Shown: positions 8,233 through 17,643 of the stretch, piece after piece
Layout of the letters: the number at the start of each line of letters is the position of its first letter
Numbering within the stretch: the stretch's first letter is position 1
Assembly (NCBI GenBank): GCA_024281095.1
Contig: JAMXLJ010000082.1
Location: 31,700-95,699 of the forward strand
DNA length: 64,000 bases
Source of the DNA: Acidimicrobiia bacterium
GTDB lineage: Bacteria; Actinomycetota; Acidimicrobiia; IMCC26256; JAMXLJ01
Reading direction: 5' to 3'
Notes under the pieces: generated by a model
Seen by the model: the letters and a program-made list of their open reading frames with translations, nothing else
The model's database searches: none
What the model was told of the DNA's origin: nothing
Made by a program: the position numbers and the translations under genes

Positions 8233-9627
8233 GTGCTGCCACGCGCTGTCATAGGATCCGCTCCGATGGGAACGGCCCGCGCCTCCCTCGGCATCCCGTA
8301 CGCGACGGCGAAGCGTTTCGAGCGGCCGGTTGCCGCGGGCGCCGTCGACTTCGAGCACTGCACCGCGTTCGGGCCCGCCGCGCCGCAGCGGCCGGGTATG
8401 GAGCTGGTTCCCGAGTCGCCGATCGGCCCGACCGACGAAGACGCCTGCCTCACGCTCAACGTGTGGGCGCCGGCGAACCGCGACGATGCGCGTCCGGTGC
8501 TCGTATGGTTCCACGGCGGTTCGTTCGTGACGGGGTCCTCGGCACAACGCTGCTTCGACGGAACGCGCCTGGCGGTGGAACACGACGTTGTCGTGGTGTC
8601 GGCGAATTATCGCCTCGGCGCGCTCGGATTCCTGGATGTGCGAACGATCGGTGGCGGCGTAGCGAACCTCGGCCTGCACGACGCGCTCGAGGCGCTGCGC
8701 TGGGTCCAGCACAACATCGAGTCGTTCGGCGGTGACCGCCGGCGCGTCACGGTGTTCGGAGAGTCGGCCGGCGGCGGTATGTGCGTGCACCTACTTGCGT
8801 CGCCCGCCAGCCGTGGACTGTTCGCGGGCGCAATCGTGCAGAGCGGCATCACGGATCGCACGCTCGACGCCGGCCAGGCCGAGTTGGTGCTCCACGAGCT
8901 CTGCAAGGCGGCGGACGTCGCCGATCTCGCTGGGCTGCGGGCCCTGCCCGTGGAGGCTCTGCTCGACGCTCAGGACGCGGCCGCGCCGGCATTGCTGAAG
9001 CCGGTCGGGATGATGCCGTTCCATCCGTGTGTCGACGGCGAGCTCTTGCATTCGCCGCCGGCGGCGGCGCTCGCGTCCGGAGTTGCGGCCGGAGTTCCCT
9101 TGCTCGCCGGCACGACGGCAGCCGAGATGCAGCTCTTCCTCCGTCCGGACACGGACGCGCCGGACCGCGAACGGTTGGTGCGACGGGTGGCGCGTTACGT
9201 CGGCGTCCCCTCACAAGAAGCCGAGAAGATCGTGACGACGTACGAGCGCGCGGCCGGCGACGTGTGGCCTGCGTTGTTCAGCGATATGGAGATGCAGGTT
9301 CCGCTGCGGCGTGTGCTCGACGCGCACGCGCCCCACGCGCCCACGTACGCGTATCTCTTCACGTGGGAAGCTCCCGCGGTCGGTGCCGCGCACGCGGTGG
9401 ACATCCCGTTCACATTCGGAAACTTCGTCGACGGTTGGGACCGGTTCGTCGGCTACGACGCCGACGCGGAGCGCCTCTCACGGGAGATGCGCGACGCCTG
9501 GGCCGCCTTCGCACGTCACGGTGATCCCGGCTGGCCGGCCTACCCGTCGACGCGCGTCTTCGGCCGTGAGTCAGGCGTCGTGCCCGAGCACCCGCTCTTC
9601 GCCCGCCTTCCCTTCACGCCCAACTGA
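8233..9627 (+). CDS. Type-B carboxylesterase/lipase
   Basis: The N-terminal motif GIPYA and the nucleophile elbow FGESAGG are present. The product is ~460 aa. The start is uncertain between GTG 8233 and ATG 8266. Confidence 0.9.
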   Translation: MLPRAVIGSAPMGTARASLGIPYATAKRFERPVAAGAVDFEHCTAFGPAAPQRPGMELVPESPIGPTDEDACLTLNVWAPANRDDARPVLVWFHGGSFVTGSSAQRCFDGTRLAVEHDVVVVSANYRLGALGFLDVRTIGGGVANLGLHDALEALRWVQHNIESFGGDRRRVTVFGESAGGGMCVHLLASPASRGLFAGAIVQSGITDRTLDAGQAELVLHELCKAADVADLAGLRALPVEALLDAQDAAAPALLKPVGMMPFHPCVDGELLHSPPAAALASGVAAGVPLLAGTTAAEMQLFLRPDTDAPDRERLVRRVARYVGVPSQEAEKIVTTYERAAGDVWPALFSDMEMQVPLRRVLDAHAPHAPTYAYLFTWEAPAVGAAHAVDIPFTFGNFVDGWDRFVGYDADAERLSREMRDAWAAFARHGDPGWPAYPSTRVFGRESGVVPEHPLFARLPFTPN

Positions 9628-9630
9628 TCA

Positions 9631-10389
9631 TTACAAGCGGAACGCGCGGCGAGGCGGGCGGCCCAGCACACGCTGCACGTCGGGTGATACGCCGGCGAGC
9701 GCACCGCGCGCCACCGCTTCGAACAGGTGAACCGTCGAGTCGAGGAGCCACGGGTCCATCCCGCTGCCCGCCACCATCTCCCGCCATTCGTCGATCGGCG
9801 GGTCCAGCCGTTTCACGCTCAGTCGCCGCGCCACTTCGTCACCGTCGAGCGCTTCCGGGCCGGTCACGACGATCGCACCGTCGAGGTCACGCACCAGTGC
9901 CTCCGCGGCAACTTCCGCGATGTCGTCGGGGTCCACCCAGGCCAGCTTCCCGCGTCCGAACGGCAGCACGATGTATCCACGGTCCAGGGCGTCGCGCTGT
10001 CGTTCCACCACCGTGGTGAAGAACGACGGCTGAACCAACGTGGACGCCACCCGAGATGCCGCGAGCCGGCGTTCGATCACGCGGTGGTTGCCGTGCAAGC
10101 CGGCGTCGAGGCCTGCGAGGGGAATGTTGGACAGCTTCACGATCCGCGCGACACCGGCTCGCTCGGCGGCCTCGATCGCGTTCGTCTCCAGGTCCACCTG
10201 CTCCCGCGACGGCGACGACTGCAGGAAGACGGCCCGCGCGCCCGCGAACGCCGTGTCGAGCGACGCGACGTCAGCCAGGTCGTATCCGTCGCGACGGGTG
10301 AACGGGCGCACCGCTGCACCACGCGCCTCGAGGAAGCGGACGACGCGGCGGCCGAGGTCTCCGGCCGCTCCGATCACGACGACAGTCAT
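9631..10389 (-). CDS. NmrA-like / atypical SDR NAD(P)H-binding protein
   Basis: The N-terminus MTVVVIGAAGDLGRRVV is a Rossmann motif. The product is 252 aa. The upstream part of track ORF 9631..10923 is antisense to the aldolase gene. Confidence 0.8.
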   Translation of the reverse strand: MTVVVIGAAGDLGRRVVRFLEARGAAVRPFTRRDGYDLADVASLDTAFAGARAVFLQSSPSREQVDLETNAIEAAERAGVARIVKLSNIPLAGLDAGLHGNHRVIERRLAASRVASTLVQPSFFTTVVERQRDALDRGYIVLPFGRGKLAWVDPDDIAEVAAEALVRDLDGAIVVTGPEALDGDEVARRLSVKRLDPPIDEWREMVAGSGMDPWLLDSTVHLFEAVARGALAGVSPDVQRVLGRPPRRAFRL

Positions 10390-11140
10390 GCGGAGTACGT
10401 TGGCACACGTGCGGCTTCCCAGACCGGGCCCCGGAATCGGCCGCGAGCTCAGCGTGCCGCAACAGCTCGCGTGCGCGCTGCGGATCCTCGCCCGCGAGGG
10501 GTGGAAGGAGAACCTCTCCGGCCACATCACGTGGGCAACGCCCGACGGCGGCATGTGGGTGAATCCCTGGGGCGTCTGGTGGGACGAAGTGCGGGCGTCG
10601 CAGATCATCCGCCTCGACTGCGACGGCAACGTCGAGGAGGGCGAGTGGGACGTCACGCCCGCGGCTTTCCTGCACACCGAGCTGCACCGGGCCCGCGAGG
10701 ATGCGACGGTGGTCGTCCACAACCATCCGTACTTCGCAACGTTGCTCGCGGCGATGGGCGAGCAGCCCCGCATGGTGCACCAGAACTCGTGCATCTTCGA
10801 CGGTGAGCTGGCATTCGTCGACGAGTACGAGAGCGTCGACGACAGCACGGCCGGGAAGTGGCTTGCCCGTGAAGTGGGTGACGCGTCAGGCGTCCTGCTG
10901 GCCCACCACGGCGCGATCGTCACCGCGCCGACGATCGAGGAGTCGTGCTACAAGGCCGCGACGTTCGAACGCATGTGCCGCCTGACGTACGACGTCCTGC
11001 GGGCCGGTCGCGCGCCGGTCGAGGTTCCGGCGGATCAACGAGCCGAGCTGAAGCCGGCCTTGCGACAGAACACTCCGCGTGCGTACTGGGAAGGCGCCGT
11101 GCGGCTGTTGTTGCGCGACGAACCCGAGGTGCTCGAGTAG
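10388..11140 (+). CDS. Class II aldolase/adducin-family protein
   Basis: The segment LACALRILAREGW...TPAAFLHTELHRAR...VVHNHPYFATLLAA...LLAHHGAIV includes the metal-binding histidines. The start is uncertain: ATG 10388 overlaps the divergent NmrA start, and GTG 10409 and GTG 10454 are alternatives. Confidence 0.8.
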   Translation: MRSTLAHVRLPRPGPGIGRELSVPQQLACALRILAREGWKENLSGHITWATPDGGMWVNPWGVWWDEVRASQIIRLDCDGNVEEGEWDVTPAAFLHTELHRAREDATVVVHNHPYFATLLAAMGEQPRMVHQNSCIFDGELAFVDEYESVDDSTAGKWLAREVGDASGVLLAHHGAIVTAPTIEESCYKAATFERMCRLTYDVLRAGRAPVEVPADQRAELKPALRQNTPRAYWEGAVRLLLRDEPEVLE

Positions 11141-11154
11141 ATGGTGCACGGCTG

Positions 11155-12390
11155 ATGGGCATGTCGCTGGACGACCTCGCGAGCATGGACGCGTTCGGCG
11201 GCGGCAAAGGGCGCCGAGAGACGATCACGTGGCTTCCCGAGCCCGAGCCGCGGGTCCGCCGCTACAAGGTCTTCTCCGTCGACGATCACGTGGTCGAGCC
11301 GCCCGATGCCTTCGCGGGCCGGTTCCCGCGCAAGTTCGCCGACGACGAGCCGCAGGTCGTTCCTACCGACGACGGCGGCGAGGCATGGCTGTGGAACGGC
11401 GAGCTGCTGCCGAACGTGGGGTTCAATGCAGTCGTCGGGCGGCCGTCGAGCGAGTACGGATTCGAGCCGGCGCGCTTCGACGAGATGCGTCGCGGCGCGT
11501 GGGACGTCGATGCACGGGTCCACGATATGGACGTCGACGGGGTGTCGGCGTCGTTGTGCTTCCCGTCGTTCCTGCCCGGGTTCGTCGGCCAGCGGCTGAC
11601 CCTCTGGCCCAAGGACGACGAGCTCGCGTTGACCGCGATGCGTGCGTACAACGACTGGCATCTCGAAGCGTGGTGTGGCGCGCATCCCGACCGCTTCGTG
11701 CCGAACCAGATCGCATACCTGAGGGATCCGCAGATCGCGGCGGACGAGGTGCGCCGCAACGCGGCGCGCGGGTTCAAGGCGGTCACGTTCTCCGAGGCTC
11801 CCGACAAGCTCGGGCTGCCCACGATCCATTCGGGCCACTGGGATCCGCTGTTCGCGGCGTGCGCGGAGACCCAGACCGTCGTGTGTTTGCACGTCGGATC
11901 GTCGGGCACGTCGCCCACGACTTCACCGGACGCGCCACCGGAGATTCCGGCGGTGCTCTTCGGCGCCTACGGCATGTACTCCGCGGTCGACTGGCTGTAC
12001 TCGAAGATCCCCGTGCGGTTTCCCGACATCAAGATCTGCCTGTCGGAGGGCGGGATCGGATGGGTCGCCGGGATCCTCGACCGGCTCGATCACTGCTACC
12101 GCTATCAGCTCGGGTACCTGCCCACATGGCGCGACGTCGACGACGCGCCGAGCGACGTGATGCGGCGCAACTTCTGGTTCTGCTCGCTCGACGACGATGC
12201 CGGCATGCTCCTGCGCCACCGCATCGGCATCGAGCACATCCTGGTGGAGTCGGACTATCCGCACGCGGACTCGTCGTGGCCCGACACACAGGCCATGCTC
12301 GTGCGTCAGCTCGAAGGTCAGGGCGTTCCCGACCACGAAGCGGACCTGATCACCTGGAAGAACGCGTCGACGCTGTTCCGCCACTCGTGA
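11155..12390 (+). CDS. Amidohydrolase_2 (ACMSD/LigI-like) family metal-dependent hydrolase
   Basis: The N-terminal signature VFSVDDHVVEPPDAFAGRFP and the C-terminal ESDYPHADS are present. The product is 411 aa. Confidence 0.85.
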   Translation: MGMSLDDLASMDAFGGGKGRRETITWLPEPEPRVRRYKVFSVDDHVVEPPDAFAGRFPRKFADDEPQVVPTDDGGEAWLWNGELLPNVGFNAVVGRPSSEYGFEPARFDEMRRGAWDVDARVHDMDVDGVSASLCFPSFLPGFVGQRLTLWPKDDELALTAMRAYNDWHLEAWCGAHPDRFVPNQIAYLRDPQIAADEVRRNAARGFKAVTFSEAPDKLGLPTIHSGHWDPLFAACAETQTVVCLHVGSSGTSPTTSPDAPPEIPAVLFGAYGMYSAVDWLYSKIPVRFPDIKICLSEGGIGWVAGILDRLDHCYRYQLGYLPTWRDVDDAPSDVMRRNFWFCSLDDDAGMLLRHRIGIEHILVESDYPHADSSWPDTQAMLVRQLEGQGVPDHEADLITWKNASTLFRHS

Positions 12391-12430
12391 AGATGATGCG
12401 CCGGCCAGTATCGAGGGAAGAGTTGAGGGC

Positions 12431-13306
12431 ATGAAGCTTGGACTGCACGTTCCCGATTTCACCTGGCCCGGCGGCGCCCCTGAGATGCGCAGCATGCTCG
12501 GCCGGATCGCACAGGCGGCCGAGGAGGCGGGCTTCGACCGTATGAGCGTGATGGATCACGTGTGGCAGATCCGCGTCGTCGGGCCACCGGAACACGAGAT
12601 GCTCGAGGCGTACACGACCCTCGGCTTCCTCGCCGGCCGAACCGAGCGGATCGACCTGATGACGCTCGTCACCGGTGTCGTGTACCGCGAGCCCGGACTG
12701 CTGGCGAAGATCGTCACCACGCTCGACGTGCTATCGGGCGGCCGGGCGTGGCTCGGCATCGGCGCAGCCTGGAACGAGGAGGAAGCGCGCGGTCTCGGCC
12801 TACCGTTCCCACCCACCGCGGAGCGGTTCGAGCGGCTGGAAGAGGCCCTGCAGATCTGTCTTCAGATGTGGGACGACACGACGGATGCGCCGTATCACGG
12901 GAAGCACTACCACCTCGAGCGCACCCTGAACGTGCCGCCACCCCTGCGGCGGCCGCACCCGCCGATCCTCATCGGGGGTTCGGGCGAGCGCAAGACGCTG
13001 CGCCTCGTGGCGAAGTACGCACAGGCCTGCAACCTGTTCTCCACGCCGGACCTCGCCCACAAACTCGACGTGCTGCGCGCACACTGCGAACGCGAGGGCC
13101 GCGACTACGACGAGATCCAGAAGACCGTACTGTTCAACTTCGACGTCGGAGCGCGCGGTGAGAACGTCGATCGCATCATCGGCGAGCTGCACGACCTGGC
13201 GGCGCTCGGCTTCGAGGTTGCGCACGGGCGGGTGATGGACGTGTCTCGCATCGAGCCGCTCGAGATCATCGGGCGTGAGATCGTCCCCGCGGTTTCGGGT
13301 TTCTGA
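12431..13306 (+). CDS. LLM-class (luciferase-like) oxidoreductase, probably F420-dependent
   Basis: The N-terminus MKLGLHVPDFTWPGG...FDRMSVMDHVWQI and the 291-aa size match the F420-type LLM subgroup as I recall it. An RBS, GAGGGAAGAG, lies upstream. Confidence 0.8.
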   Translation: MKLGLHVPDFTWPGGAPEMRSMLGRIAQAAEEAGFDRMSVMDHVWQIRVVGPPEHEMLEAYTTLGFLAGRTERIDLMTLVTGVVYREPGLLAKIVTTLDVLSGGRAWLGIGAAWNEEEARGLGLPFPPTAERFERLEEALQICLQMWDDTTDAPYHGKHYHLERTLNVPPPLRRPHPPILIGGSGERKTLRLVAKYAQACNLFSTPDLAHKLDVLRAHCEREGRDYDEIQKTVLFNFDVGARGENVDRIIGELHDLAALGFEVAHGRVMDVSRIEPLEIIGREIVPAVSGF

Positions 13307-13348
13307 GGGCCGGTGACGGCGCGCTTCCGGCAGTCGTAGGCTGACGGT

Positions 13349-13987
13349 GTGACCGGCGTCGAGGTCTACGTGGACCCGAGTTGCCCCTGGGCGTGGATCA
13401 CGTCGCGCTGGGTCAAAGGGGTCGCGGCGGCGCGTGATCTTGCCGTGACGTGGCCGTCGTACTGCCTCGAGATCAGGGACGACTACGGCGTCGCCCCGTG
13501 GGTGCCCGAGGAATCGCGCGCGGCGGCGATCGCGGGACATGCCATCTCGCACCGGATGCTGCGCGTCTTCGAGGCAGCTCGTACGCGAGCCGGCGAAGAA
13601 GCGGTCGACGCGCTGTACACCGCGTGGGGGCCCCGATTCTTCGCTCGTGACGGCGCGCGCGACGACGCGCTGCTCGCGGAATGCATCACCGCGTCCGGCC
13701 TCGAGGGTGATCTCGCGGACGCCGCCGACGACGAGAAGTGGGACAGCCAGATCATGGCGTCGATGGAGGTCGCGTACGCCTTCGGCGGCCCGAAGACGCA
13801 GACGCCGACGATCGTCGTGCGGGCCGACCCGGCCTACGGATTCAAGGGACCGGTCATGGCTCCGGCGCCCACGGGCGATGCTGCCGTTCGCCTCTGGGAC
13901 GCGATTCAGGTGCTCGCGCGCGAGCCCGGCTTCTTCGAGATCACACGCCCGCGGGTCAATCGACCGAGGCCGCGTTTCGACCTCTGA
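13349..13987 (+). CDS. DsbA-fold thiol oxidoreductase, Rv2466c-like (mycothiol-dependent reductase family), CPWA variant
   Basis: The N-terminus VEVYVDPSCPWAWITSRW and the C-terminus GDAAVRLWDAIQVLAREPGFFEITRPR parallel my recollection of Rv2466c. The active-site CxxC reads CPWA here. Confidence 0.75.
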   Translation: MTGVEVYVDPSCPWAWITSRWVKGVAAARDLAVTWPSYCLEIRDDYGVAPWVPEESRAAAIAGHAISHRMLRVFEAARTRAGEEAVDALYTAWGPRFFARDGARDDALLAECITASGLEGDLADAADDEKWDSQIMASMEVAYAFGGPKTQTPTIVVRADPAYGFKGPVMAPAPTGDAAVRLWDAIQVLAREPGFFEITRPRVNRPRPRFDL

Positions 13988-14226
13988 GCCGTCGATGGGC
14001 CGCGAAGCCCCCGCGTTCACGGGTCTCGCGGACTGAATGTGCGGAGTGTCGCTCGTCAGATCTTGTGAACGGGAGCACGAGCGGCCGGTGCACACGGGAA
14101 AAACACCGAACGCCCACCGGAACAACCCGAAGTGCACGCGCGACGGTCGAAGTGGCGCGATCATCTCGTTTGAGGCTCATCTCGCGGGGGACAGGTTCAT
14201 CAACAACGACCGCAGGGGGGAACTCC

Positions 14227-15429
14227 ATGTCTCGCTCGCATCTCCGCCTCGCAGGGGTCTCATTGATCGCTGCGCTCGCTCTCGCGCTGGCCGGTTGTGG
14301 CAGCTCGTCGAAGTCGAACAAGACGACGACGACCTCGGGCGGCGCCGCGGCCTCGGGCACGGTCTCCGTGACGTCGTTCACGAGCGACTTCTCCGCGATG
14401 GCGCAACTCAAGTCGGTCGCGGCGAAAGGCAAAGGAAAGATTGCCGTGTTGCTGCCCGACACACAGTCGTCGGCGCGGTACGTGTCATTCGATGCTCCGT
14501 ACCTGCAGAAGGCGTTCCAAGCCGCGGGATTGAGCTCGTCCGATTTCCAGATTCAGAACGCGCAGGGCAGCGCGAGCACGATGCAGACCCAGGCCGAGGC
14601 CGCGATCACCAACGGTGCGAGCGTGATCCTCGTCGACCCGCTCGACTCGGGTAGCGGTGCGGCCATCGAAGCGAACGCGGCGTCGAAGGGCGTCAAGACG
14701 ATCGACTACGACCGCCTGACGCTCAACGGCAGCTCCACCTATTACGTCAGCTTCAACAACGTCAACGTCGGCCGGATGATCGGCCAGGGCTTCGTCGACT
14801 GCGTGCAGGCCTGGAGTGTCCAGAAGCCGCAGGTGCTCGTCATGAACGGCGACCCCACCGACAACAACGCGAGCCTGTTCTCGCAGGGCTATCACCAGGT
14901 CCTCGACCCGCTCTTCTCGAACGGCACGTACACGAAGGTGGCCGAGCCGGCCGGCACGTGGGACAACCAGAAGGCGCTCACGATCTTCCAGCAGCAGTAC
15001 CAGGCCCACCCGAACATCAACGCCGTGGTCGCGCCGAACGACGGTGTCGCGAACTCGGTCATCTCGGGGCTGAAGAACCTGCAGCTCCCGCCGAAGAAGG
15101 TGCCGACCACCGGCCAGGACGCGACGCTGCAGGGACTCCAGAACATCCTCGCCAACTACCAGTGCATGACGGTGTACAAGCCGATCTACGTCGAGGCCCA
15201 GGCCGCGGCCGCGCTCGCGTTGTACATCCGCGCCGGTGAAGCACCGCCGTCGACTCTGGTGAACGGCGCGTCGGACAACAAGAAGACCCAGGTGCCGTCG
15301 GTGCTCCTCACCCCGATCACGGTGACGACCCAGAACATGGGGTCGACCGTGGTGAAGGACAACTTCGTCAGCAAGACCGACCTCTGTGCAGGCCAGTACG
15401 CGAGCGCCTGCTCGGCGGCCGGAATCTGA
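14227..15429 (+). CDS. Sugar ABC transporter substrate-binding lipoprotein (XylF/ChvE-like, PBP type 1)
   Basis: The signal peptide and lipobox LALAGC are followed by a Ser/Thr-rich linker and then a periplasmic-binding-protein type 1 body. An RBS, GGGGGG, lies upstream. Confidence 0.85.
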   Translation: MSRSHLRLAGVSLIAALALALAGCGSSSKSNKTTTTSGGAAASGTVSVTSFTSDFSAMAQLKSVAAKGKGKIAVLLPDTQSSARYVSFDAPYLQKAFQAAGLSSSDFQIQNAQGSASTMQTQAEAAITNGASVILVDPLDSGSGAAIEANAASKGVKTIDYDRLTLNGSSTYYVSFNNVNVGRMIGQGFVDCVQAWSVQKPQVLVMNGDPTDNNASLFSQGYHQVLDPLFSNGTYTKVAEPAGTWDNQKALTIFQQQYQAHPNINAVVAPNDGVANSVISGLKNLQLPPKKVPTTGQDATLQGLQNILANYQCMTVYKPIYVEAQAAAALALYIRAGEAPPSTLVNGASDNKKTQVPSVLLTPITVTTQNMGSTVVKDNFVSKTDLCAGQYASACSAAGI

Positions 15430-15431
15430 CG

Positions 15432-16274
15432 ATGACGACGGCTGGGTCGACCACCGACCGGGCCGACGATCGTTCGCGCGTCGAGGAGCGGCCGGCTTCG
15501 GCCGCGCCGCTCCTCGAGCTGCGTGGGATCACCAAGCGGTTCGGGGCGGTCCAGGCCCTCACCGACGTGGATCTTGTGGTGCCCGCAGGTCAGGTGACCG
15601 CGTTGGTGGGAGACAACGGCGCCGGCAAGTCGGTGTTGATCAAATGCATCGCGGGGATCCACCACCCCGACGGAGGCCAGATCTACTGGGAGGGCCGGCC
15701 CGTCCACCTCCGCACGCCTCGTGACGCGGCCGCGCTCGGGATCGAGACCGTGTACCAGGACCTTGCGCTCTGCGACAACCTCGACATCGTCCAGAACATG
15801 TTCCTCGGCCGCGAGAAGACGCGCTACACGCTGCTCGACGAGGAAAACATGGAGCTCTCGGCGCGCGAGACGCTGTCGAGCCTGTCGGTCACGACGGTGC
15901 GGTCCATCAGGCAACCCGTGGCGTCCCTGTCGGGTGGTCAGCGCCAGGCGGTCGCCATCGCCCGCGCGGTGCTGTGGAACTCGAAGCTCGTCATCATGGA
16001 CGAGCCCACGGCCGCGCTCGGCGTCGCGCAGACCCGCATGGTGCTCGACCTCGTGCGTCGCTTGGCCCAACGCGGGTTGGGCGTGATCATCATCTCGCAC
16101 AACATGAACGACGTGTTCGAAGTGGCCGACCGCATCGCGATCCTGCACCTCGGCCACTTGGTGGCGACCGGGCCGATCAGTGAGTTCGACCGTGAGACGG
16201 TCGTGGACTACATGGCCTTCGGCCGTTCGGAGCGCCGGAAGCGCAACTCCGAGCCGACCGTGGCCGAGCAGTAG
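15432..16274 (+). CDS. Sugar ABC transporter ATP-binding protein (single NBD)
   Basis: Walker A GDNGAGKS, the signature LSGGQRQAVAIA and Walker B LVIMDEPTAAL are present. The start lies 2 nt after the binding-protein stop. Confidence 0.9.
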   Translation: MTTAGSTTDRADDRSRVEERPASAAPLLELRGITKRFGAVQALTDVDLVVPAGQVTALVGDNGAGKSVLIKCIAGIHHPDGGQIYWEGRPVHLRTPRDAAALGIETVYQDLALCDNLDIVQNMFLGREKTRYTLLDEENMELSARETLSSLSVTTVRSIRQPVASLSGGQRQAVAIARAVLWNSKLVIMDEPTAALGVAQTRMVLDLVRRLAQRGLGVIIISHNMNDVFEVADRIAILHLGHLVATGPISEFDRETVVDYMAFGRSERRKRNSEPTVAEQ

Positions 16275-16281
16275 AGGGCCC

Positions 16282-17577
16282 ATGTCGCAGATCGACGACG
16301 ACCGGCTCGTCACGGACGCCGAGGTCGAGGAAGGCGCGACCGACTTCAGCGCGCTGCCGGTGCCGGCCGAGCTCGTTGCGGACTCGCTCCCGGCCTACGC
16401 CCGGGCCTGGTTCGCCCGCCTGCGAGCGGGCGAGACCGGCAAGCTGCCGGTGCTCGTGGGCCTGTTGATCATCGCCGTGATCTTCCAGACGCTGAACTCC
16501 AAGTTCCTCACCGCAGGGAACCTGGTGAACCTGCTCGTGCAGGGCGCGGTGTACATGCTGCTGGCGATGGCCGAGGTCTACGTGCTCCTGCTCGGCGAGA
16601 TCGACCTCTCGGCCGGATTCGTCGCCGGCATCGGCGGCGTCGTGTGCGCGGAGTTGGTGAAGACCGACACCGGCTGGCCCTGGTGGGCCGCGGTCGCGGC
16701 CGCGCTCGGCGTCTGCGCGGTCATCGGGTTGTTCCAGGGCACGATCATCACCCGTTTCGGCTTGCCGTCGTTCGTCGTGACGCTCGCGGGCCTGCTCGGG
16801 TTCCAGGGCGTGATGCTCCGCATCATCGGCACCGGCGGCACATTGCCGATCCAGGACAAGGTCATCAACGACCTCGCGAACGCGAACCTCACCGCCACGG
16901 CGAGCTGGATCGTGATGGCCGGGATCGTGGCCGCGTTCTGCGCCGTCACGTGGCTGCGCGACGCTCGTCGCCGGAAGAGCGGCTTGGTCGCGCCGCCCGC
17001 GAGCTTCACGTTCGTGAAGATCGCCGCGGCGATCGGCGCCGGGGTCATCGTGGTCTTGATCTGCAACCGCGACCGCGGCGTGCTCGCGCCAATTCGCGGC
17101 GTGCCGTGGGTGATCCTGATCGTGCTCGGCGTGCTCACTGCGTGGACGTTGGTCCTCGGGCGCACGAAGCTCGGCCGCTACATCTACGCCATCGGTGGCA
17201 ACGCAGAAGCAGCACGACGTGCCGGTGTGAGCCTGCCCGGCATCCGCACGATCGCATTCATGCTCGCGTCGTTCACCGCCGGCATCGCGGGAATCATCTA
17301 CGCGTCGCGCTTGCGATCCGTGTCCACCAACCTCGACGGAGGCACGCTCGTGCTGTACGCCGTCGCGGCCGCGGTCATCGGCGGCACGAGCCTCTTCGGC
17401 GGTCGGGGCAAGCCGATCGACGCGGTGCTCGGAGGGATCGTGATCGCCGCGATCGACAACGGCATGGGGCTGCAGGGCTTCAGCGCGGCTTCGAAGTTCA
17501 TCGTCACCGCCATCGTGCTCATCGCCGCGGTCACGATCGACTCACTCGCACGAAGGGGAACGACGACCCGCCGCTGA
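16282..17577 (+). CDS. Sugar ABC transporter permease (XylH/RbsC-like)
   Basis: The protein is polytopic and hydrophobic, about 431 aa, with a BPD_transp_2-like pattern. The start lies 7 nt after the ATPase stop. Confidence 0.85.
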   Translation: MSQIDDDRLVTDAEVEEGATDFSALPVPAELVADSLPAYARAWFARLRAGETGKLPVLVGLLIIAVIFQTLNSKFLTAGNLVNLLVQGAVYMLLAMAEVYVLLLGEIDLSAGFVAGIGGVVCAELVKTDTGWPWWAAVAAALGVCAVIGLFQGTIITRFGLPSFVVTLAGLLGFQGVMLRIIGTGGTLPIQDKVINDLANANLTATASWIVMAGIVAAFCAVTWLRDARRRKSGLVAPPASFTFVKIAAAIGAGVIVVLICNRDRGVLAPIRGVPWVILIVLGVLTAWTLVLGRTKLGRYIYAIGGNAEAARRAGVSLPGIRTIAFMLASFTAGIAGIIYASRLRSVSTNLDGGTLVLYAVAAAVIGGTSLFGGRGKPIDAVLGGIVIAAIDNGMGLQGFSAASKFIVTAIVLIAAVTIDSLARRGTTTRR

Positions 17578-17643
17578 GTGCCGCAGGCGCTCGCCGCGCC
17601 TCTGCCGGCCGATGCGGTACCGTCGCCCCGTCAGGAGGCGACC

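Noticed and set aside
13988-14226. Small ORFs in the 240-bp region upstream of the sugar-binding protein gene (for example a 13-aa plus-strand ORF, and the tail of the 168-aa minus-strand ORF 13956..14462).
   Set aside because: They have no RBS, poor GC3 and no conservation cues. I treat the region as a promoter/leader.
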